Source: Octopus vulgaris
Lineage: Eukaryota
DNA length: 64,000 bases
Reading direction: 5' to 3'
Assembly (NCBI GenBank): GCA_951406725.2
Contig: OX597838.1
Location: forward strand, 19,220,001-19,284,000
In this document: in pieces, positions 62,459 to 64,000 of the stretch
How the letters are laid out: each line of letters begins with the position of its first letter
Position numbering within the stretch: the first letter of the stretch is position 1
Notes under the pieces: generated by a model
What the model was told of the DNA's origin: nothing
The model's database searches: none
Seen by the model: only the letters and a program-made list of their open reading frames with translations
Program-made: the position numbers and the translations under genes

Positions 62459-63344
62459 TCAGTTAGTATGAGAACTGTGCAGTGTGCTACCAAATACATG
62501 AACACTCTGGCTATTTCTCACTGACTAAATGACCCGAGTGATTTGGTATGTTCACACTGAAGATAGAGAAGTCAGTCTGGTAAATTGGGGTGCCAATCCT
62601 ATGACTGGCACCCGGCAGTTGCCAGGGCCGCTGGACTGACTCCGGTGCAGGTGGCAAGTAAAGAAACACCGTCTTGACCCTGTGCTTGGGAGATCCATTG
62701 AGTCAAGGACACCCGTCGTAAATATGTATATATATATATATGCATGTGTGTTTTTGTGTGTCTGTGTTTGTCCCCCTAGCATTGCTTGACAACCAATGCT
62801 GGTGTGTTTATGTCCCCCGTTACTTAGCGGTTCGGCAAAAGAGACCGATAGACTAAGTACTGGGTTTACAAAAGAATAAGTCCCGGGGTCGAGTTGCTCG
62901 ATTAAAGGCGGTGCTCCGGCATGGCCGCAGTCAAATGACTGAAACAAGTAAAAGAGTAAGAAACCTATGAAACCAAGAGTGATGCAGAAAATCTACGTTT
63001 GTTTCATTATTGCATTTTTGGAGCCCAGAATTAACCAAAGTGGATGATGTTCAGATGTACCTGCAGCAAGAAGGACTTGCAGTTGATCAATGTGCGTATA
63101 AGTTAAAAGCATTCGATCTGTTTTGCCAAGAAAAATGAGAATGTCTGGTGCGGAAAGCAACTGAAAAAGCTCTGAAGATGGGCAAAATGTTTTGTGCTTT
63201 TGAAAGAGGGAAGGGTTAGAAGATACTTGGTGAGCAGGGTTGTCATGTTGGTTTGCCTTAGTACAAGAAAAGATGCTTGTGGTATCATCTTCACATACGA
63301 TGCTGAATTCAAGTATTTGTTACTTCATGAAGGAATTAACTACT

Positions 63345-64000
63345 ACAACCCAACAAGAGTCTAACAAATGCACACACAACCCAACAAAGGTCACAGATAA
63401 CCCAATGAGGGCCAAACAATCTAATGAAGGTCACAATTTGATGAAGGCTACACAACCCAACAAAGGTCAAATACATAACCCGATGAGGGCCAAACAATTC
63501 AATGAAGGTCACAATTTGATGAAGGCTATACACAACCCAACAAAGGTGAAATACACAACCCAACAAAGGTGAAATACATAACCTAACAAAGGTCACATAC
63601 ACAACCCAACAAAGGTCACATTCACAACCCGATGAGGACCAAACAATTCAATGAAGGCTATACACAACCCAAGAAAGGTCAAATACACAACCCAAGAAAG
63701 GTTACATACAGAACCCAACAAAGGTCACATACACAACCCAACAAAGGTCACATACACAACCCGATGAGGACCAAACAATTCAATGAAGGTCACAACTTGA
63801 TGAAGGCTATACACAACCCAAGAAAGGTCAAATACACAACCCAAGAAAGGTTACATACAGAACCCAACAAAGGTCACATACACAACCCAACAAAGGTCAC
63901 ATACACAACCCGATGAGGACCAAACAATTCAATGAAGGTCACAATTTGATGAAGGCTATACACAACCCAAGAAAGGTCAAATACACAACCCAACAAAGGT
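63345..64000 (+). repeat. Complex minisatellite (23-bp ACACAACCCAACAAAGGTCACAT units interleaved with ~57-bp units), runs off the window end
   Basis: Direct observation. Confidence 0.9.

Noticed and set aside
63240-63916. Repetitive ORFs in the terminal tandem array; also considered as CRISPR-like
   Set aside because: The 23-bp unit is not a multiple of 3, frames break, there are no unique spacers, and the context is eukaryotic

Overview
AT-rich, repeat-dense animal genomic DNA, most likely an octopus or other coleoid cephalopod (inferred from the tRNA-headed SINE families and the (TA)n/(CA)n load). Genes supported by the sequence: the terminal exon of ESS2/DGCR14 (+); TIMM10 (-, two coding exons, 8.4-kb intron); a complete Furry (FRY/FRYL) orthologue whose 2956 codons lie in one uninterrupted 8.9-kb ORF (+); LENG1 (+, 7 coding exons, 262 aa); and an orphan single-exon Glu-rich ORF. 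The rest is at least four SINE families, LINE 3' ends (CR1-like, RTE), hAT/Merlin-like/piggyBac/mariner MITEs, a non-autonomous Helitron and tandem repeats. Most notable: (1) intronless Furry; (2) hammerhead-ribozyme motifs, comprising two intact-core Penelope-type hammerheads in an inverted pair and a tRNA-headed SINE family carrying a hammerhead; (3) a SINE that carried its unique 3' flank to a new site 23 kb away, with both TSDs visible; (4) a chain of inverted repeats downstream of LENG1. All homology calls rest on remembered motifs; no database searches were run.
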